From positions 646,272-710,271 of the forward strand of contig CM119269.1 in NCBI GenBank assembly GCA_051294375.1: DNA of 64,000 bases, written 5' to 3'. Below are positions 60,401 through 64,000 of the stretch, one piece after another (positions within the stretch are counted from its first letter, which is position 1; every line of letters begins with the position of its first letter). Both the position numbers and the translations under genes were made by a program. The notes below the pieces were generated by a model that was given only the letters and a program-made list of their open reading frames with translations, was not told where the DNA came from and did not search any database. This DNA is from Paraspadella gotoi. Its lineage: Eukaryota > Animalia > Chaetognatha.

Positions 60401-62455
60401 TTTTCTTTTCTTTCTCAACTCACGGAGGTATGAGTGATGCGGAGTACTTAGGGAGACTGTTTGTAGAATATTGTTTATAATCTGCGGATGGAGAAAACGC
60501 GGTTAAAATGTAAGAAATCAAACGACTAAGTTTTTCCCTACAACTTACCATAAATAGGTAGGGACGAGAAATGAGTAGCCGCATTCACTTTCGCGGGATT
60601 GGGATAAGTATGAACACGCTGAGAGCCTAATTTAGGGACCAATCAAAATATGCATGACAGTTTTTAATCTTCTAGGCCTAATACAAAATCACAACGGTTT
60701 AACCTTGTTGATAGGCTGATATCTGACGTGATCGTGCATCAGCCGCAAGCGAAGAAGAAGACGACGAGGACGACGACGAAGGGGTCTGGTGAGCGGCCCG
60801 ATGAACTTTATAATAGAATAATTGCATTATGAAGATGAAAGAAAACCGGAATCGAAAACGAGGCTCTACACCCCCCCACCGACAAAGACGCATAGAAAAA
60901 GGAAAGCAACCTCTTCGCTCACCCGAACCGCTGCTGGATTGCGAAAGAACTCGAGAGGAATGCCCGTGACTAGATGAGACCGACACCGATTGCGATGAAG
61001 ATTGTTGCCCGGGCTGCGACGCGTGCGAAGCAGCCGGTGAGGTCGTCTGGGGCGCCATTTGTGAGAGATGAGCCGACGAGACAGAATGTTGAACCTGCTG
61101 GAGCGATTGGGCCGTCTGCTGAAGCTGCGCTTGGGATGACGATGAGGCGGCGCTAGAGGATCGATAAGATCTGCCGTCGTAGCCTACGAAAAGGAGGAAA
61201 TTCGATGGAAAAATGGAGAGGGCAAAGAAAGCCGAATAATGCGGGATATGGAAGAAAATAATACGAGAATATTGTGAGTGTATAACTCTGTGTCTCTCCC
61301 TTTCTTACCGGGTCTTTCTACCGTGATGTCGTATTTGGCGTCGAGTTCCGCGTAGAATCCAGGGCGGTGTCGCGCCCGGAGACTCATCCTGCCACCGCTG
61401 CTGATATCGGATGAGGAGACGGCGGCGGCTGCTGCGGCAGCCGCGGCGTGGGCGCGCGAAGACCCAGCGTCGATGGACAAGACAGGGGTCGATCGCTCTA
61501 AAGGAGTGAAGCCGCGTTCATTGGCAAGGTTCCTGAATGATGGTGGAAACGAGTTAGGATGATAAAGTGTCGCCAACGACAGAAAAAAAAGATCCTTTTT
61601 GAATCCTTTTTTTCACCTGTAAACAAGTTGAACCGCCTGTTTGATTTCAACAGAATTACTCCTCAAGAGACCCAAGGCGCGTTGCAGCAATTCTTGCTTC
61701 TTTCCGGATTTACTTCGACCCAAGAGGCCCAAAAGTTGCTGCAACTCCGAGACCCGGAAGCTCAAGATCATATGCTGAAGATATTTCATAGTTTTAATTC
61801 TTGGAGTTTTGTTTGTAAAAGTCAAAGCTTGAGCTGCCGCATATACGTAAATCTTCGATCTTTACCGGTTCAAGATTTGACTCAGTAATCGTAAAAAAAT
61901 ATATAATGTAACAAAAACCAGGAAAAGAAAACGCCTTACAAGTTGTCAGACAGGTCTTTTACTAGACGCCAAAAATTTGTTCAATTTGTTCAAATTATGA
62001 TGAAGTTGATTGAGTGATTGAGTTGCCGTCTCACGTGGACGGAGTTGCTTGACTTAGTCTCCCGATCTCTTTTTCTTTTTTATTTTCCTTTTTTGTTCAC
62101 GTTTATTGTTGACATAAGATATTTCTGCAACCATTCCCGCAATTATTTGTTTGCTCTGTTTTCTTTTCAAGAAAAAAAAATTATATTTCTTAGTTACAGA
62201 TATCGCAATTCATTAAATTAATGAATAAATCTTAATTGTCCTGAGCTCCGAAAAGGTTTGCGGATAATACAATTAAATCTTGTATTGGATGTCAAATCAT
62301 ATAGCTTTATTCCGGAAAAACCAGTTAATTTTTAAATCCAGTCTTCGCATGATTTCAAAATACGTAGTTAAAATTTGTCAGTTGGCTAAAAATCGAATGA
62401 CTCGGCACTCTTAAAATACTCAGAAACCCACCTTGAGTTCTACGACGTCAGCCAT
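57464..62455 (-). CDS. PIAS: E3 SUMO-protein ligase, PIAS family
   Basis: MADVVELK (62455-62432) plus HMILSFRVSELQQLLG..GRSKSGKKQELL (SAP domain), PVHPDVRMKRLPFYDVL (PINIT start), RPVNITS, LNCPVSKCRMTIPCR...CMHLQCFDA..FLQMNERKAKWVCPVC (SP-RING) and ITLDSSDEEE (SIM). The last exon is approximate. Confidence 0.93.
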
Positions 62456-64000
62456 TTCTTGTCCGCATTGTAGTTACAACAATTAATCTCAGGGCGTGGC
62501 CCGGTGCGGCGAGGAGTCGCCGAGAGAGAAATACAGAGCGAGCAATTAAAACGGCTCCTAGCGCGTTAAAGATTTTTGGAGTTCTCCCCTTGAGAGAGCT
62601 AGAGGCTAACGCTATAGCTGTGGCGAGGATCAACATTCAACAAGCGAGGGGCGACAGAAGCGCTGGCAAAGGTTGTTGTCTACTGGCCGGAGCCAAATCC
62701 GCATCGACGCTGCTCCGCCGCGTCTGCCAGAGCATCGCATATAGGCAGCCGGCGCCATCTTCCGGACGCTGGCGCCGAGATTTGAAAACCCGAAATGTTA
62801 AACTTAAAGAGACGCAAATTTCCCTCATTTTTTTTAAACTAACATAAGTTGGAAAAAAAAATAGAAAGACCAAAAGTGTATCAAAAGTAACCAGTTATTA
62901 TAGTAAAACGCATTACGTCCAACTCATATTCGTTTTTATTTAGCTAGCGAGCATCTTAACGACGGGGAAAAACGCAGAAAACCTATTTAATCTAGATATG
63001 TATTAGCTTGCTGTAAATTATCTACAATGCTCTTTTGTTTGGGATACACAAGCCTTTCTATCTCAAAGCTACCTTACATTCAGAATGTGTTTCTCATATG
63101 AAGTAAAATGAAAAAGTAATAGGGCACATTTGAAAGCATTTTTGTACGTCCTAATTAAAATAAAGAAGAAATTCACAACCAATGATGTCAAAAAACTACA
63201 ACTAGACATGCGGTCCGTCGCGAGATCAACGATTTTCCGCGGGGTTAGGCGAAGAATTCTCAAGATCTTAACGCTCTCTACCGAATAACATAGGTTGTAA
63301 AATATCAGGAAAAAAAGAAAAATTAAAATATTGAAATCGATATTCGTTTGGGGGGGGGGAGAGAAGAAGTCGTTACCGGGTAGCGGAAGAGGAGTCAGTC
63401 CTGATAGAATAATAACAAAAAGGAGGAGGAGTCAGTCCTGATAGAAAGATATCAAAAAGGATAGGAATTGGGAAAAAAATGTTGACAAGTATTGAAGAGT
63501 CGTGAAGACTTAAATGGATGGGGACAAAGGGTTGAGGGAATAATCCAGGATGAAGTTGGCTGAAAAGAAGTTGGAGCCTCTCGTCTCGATCTCAATCAAC
63601 TCTTTCTTCGAATTTCCAATCGGATTTCTTTCGGTGCGACTTCCAAGTTTTCGGCGGAAGTTGGGGAACCGGATCGTCGGGAGTCGGCGAATCCGATAAG
63701 ATTCCGCATGCTGTGGTATTTATATTTTATATTAGATAATGAATTAGTTAATATACATATTAATATATATACTTTTACCCGAGGGAAACTCAAATTTGGG
63801 ATTGTCGAAGACAGAGGGCGTGGTGGAGTGGGCAGGAGGATTGTGATGGGGAATCGAAGAGTGTGGCGGCAGAGTGAGCGGGGTGAGGGCACCGGGCGTC
63901 AATGGTAACGCCATCTCGGGCGGAAAGAAAGTTCGTGACGTGTAACGCCGATTTAAACTAGGGGGATGACTAGAGCCACTAAAAACGTAAAAGATGAAAA

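Noticed and set aside
63388-63900. Last exons of a further minus-strand gene and a 21-bp direct repeat
   Set aside because: No recognisable domain and cut by the window edge; insufficient support.

Overview
Gene-dense eukaryotic DNA, most likely an invertebrate animal: AT-rich short GT-AG introns, GC-richer exons and several assembly gaps. Multi-exon genes reconstructed by hand, in order: 3' part of ZFR (+), SUCO (+), a core-2/I-branching GT14 glycosyltransferase (+), an orphan type I membrane protein (+), tRNA-Glu(TTC) (-), a synaptotagmin-like tandem-C2 gene (-) whose C2A exons are frameshifted, CFAP69 (+), and a PIAS SUMO ligase (-). One 8.4-kb CFAP69 intron holds two further genes on the same strand: an SLC22 transporter and an orphan gene with EAAAK repeats. 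The non-coding DNA is rich in self-complementary and mobile sequence. It includes a 7.8-kb nested palindrome interrupted by a 4-kb hAT-like foldback element with a demonstrable empty site, a GTAG...CTAC element family with 5-bp TSDs, a tRNA-related SINE-like family, Penelope-type minimal hammerhead motifs, Helentron/DINE-like elements and two near loop-less palindromes. All calls come from manual reading and recalled protein motifs; no searches were run and some exon boundaries are approximate. I found no clear new enzymatic system. The best novelty candidates are the mobile and palindromic architectures and the nested orphan genes.
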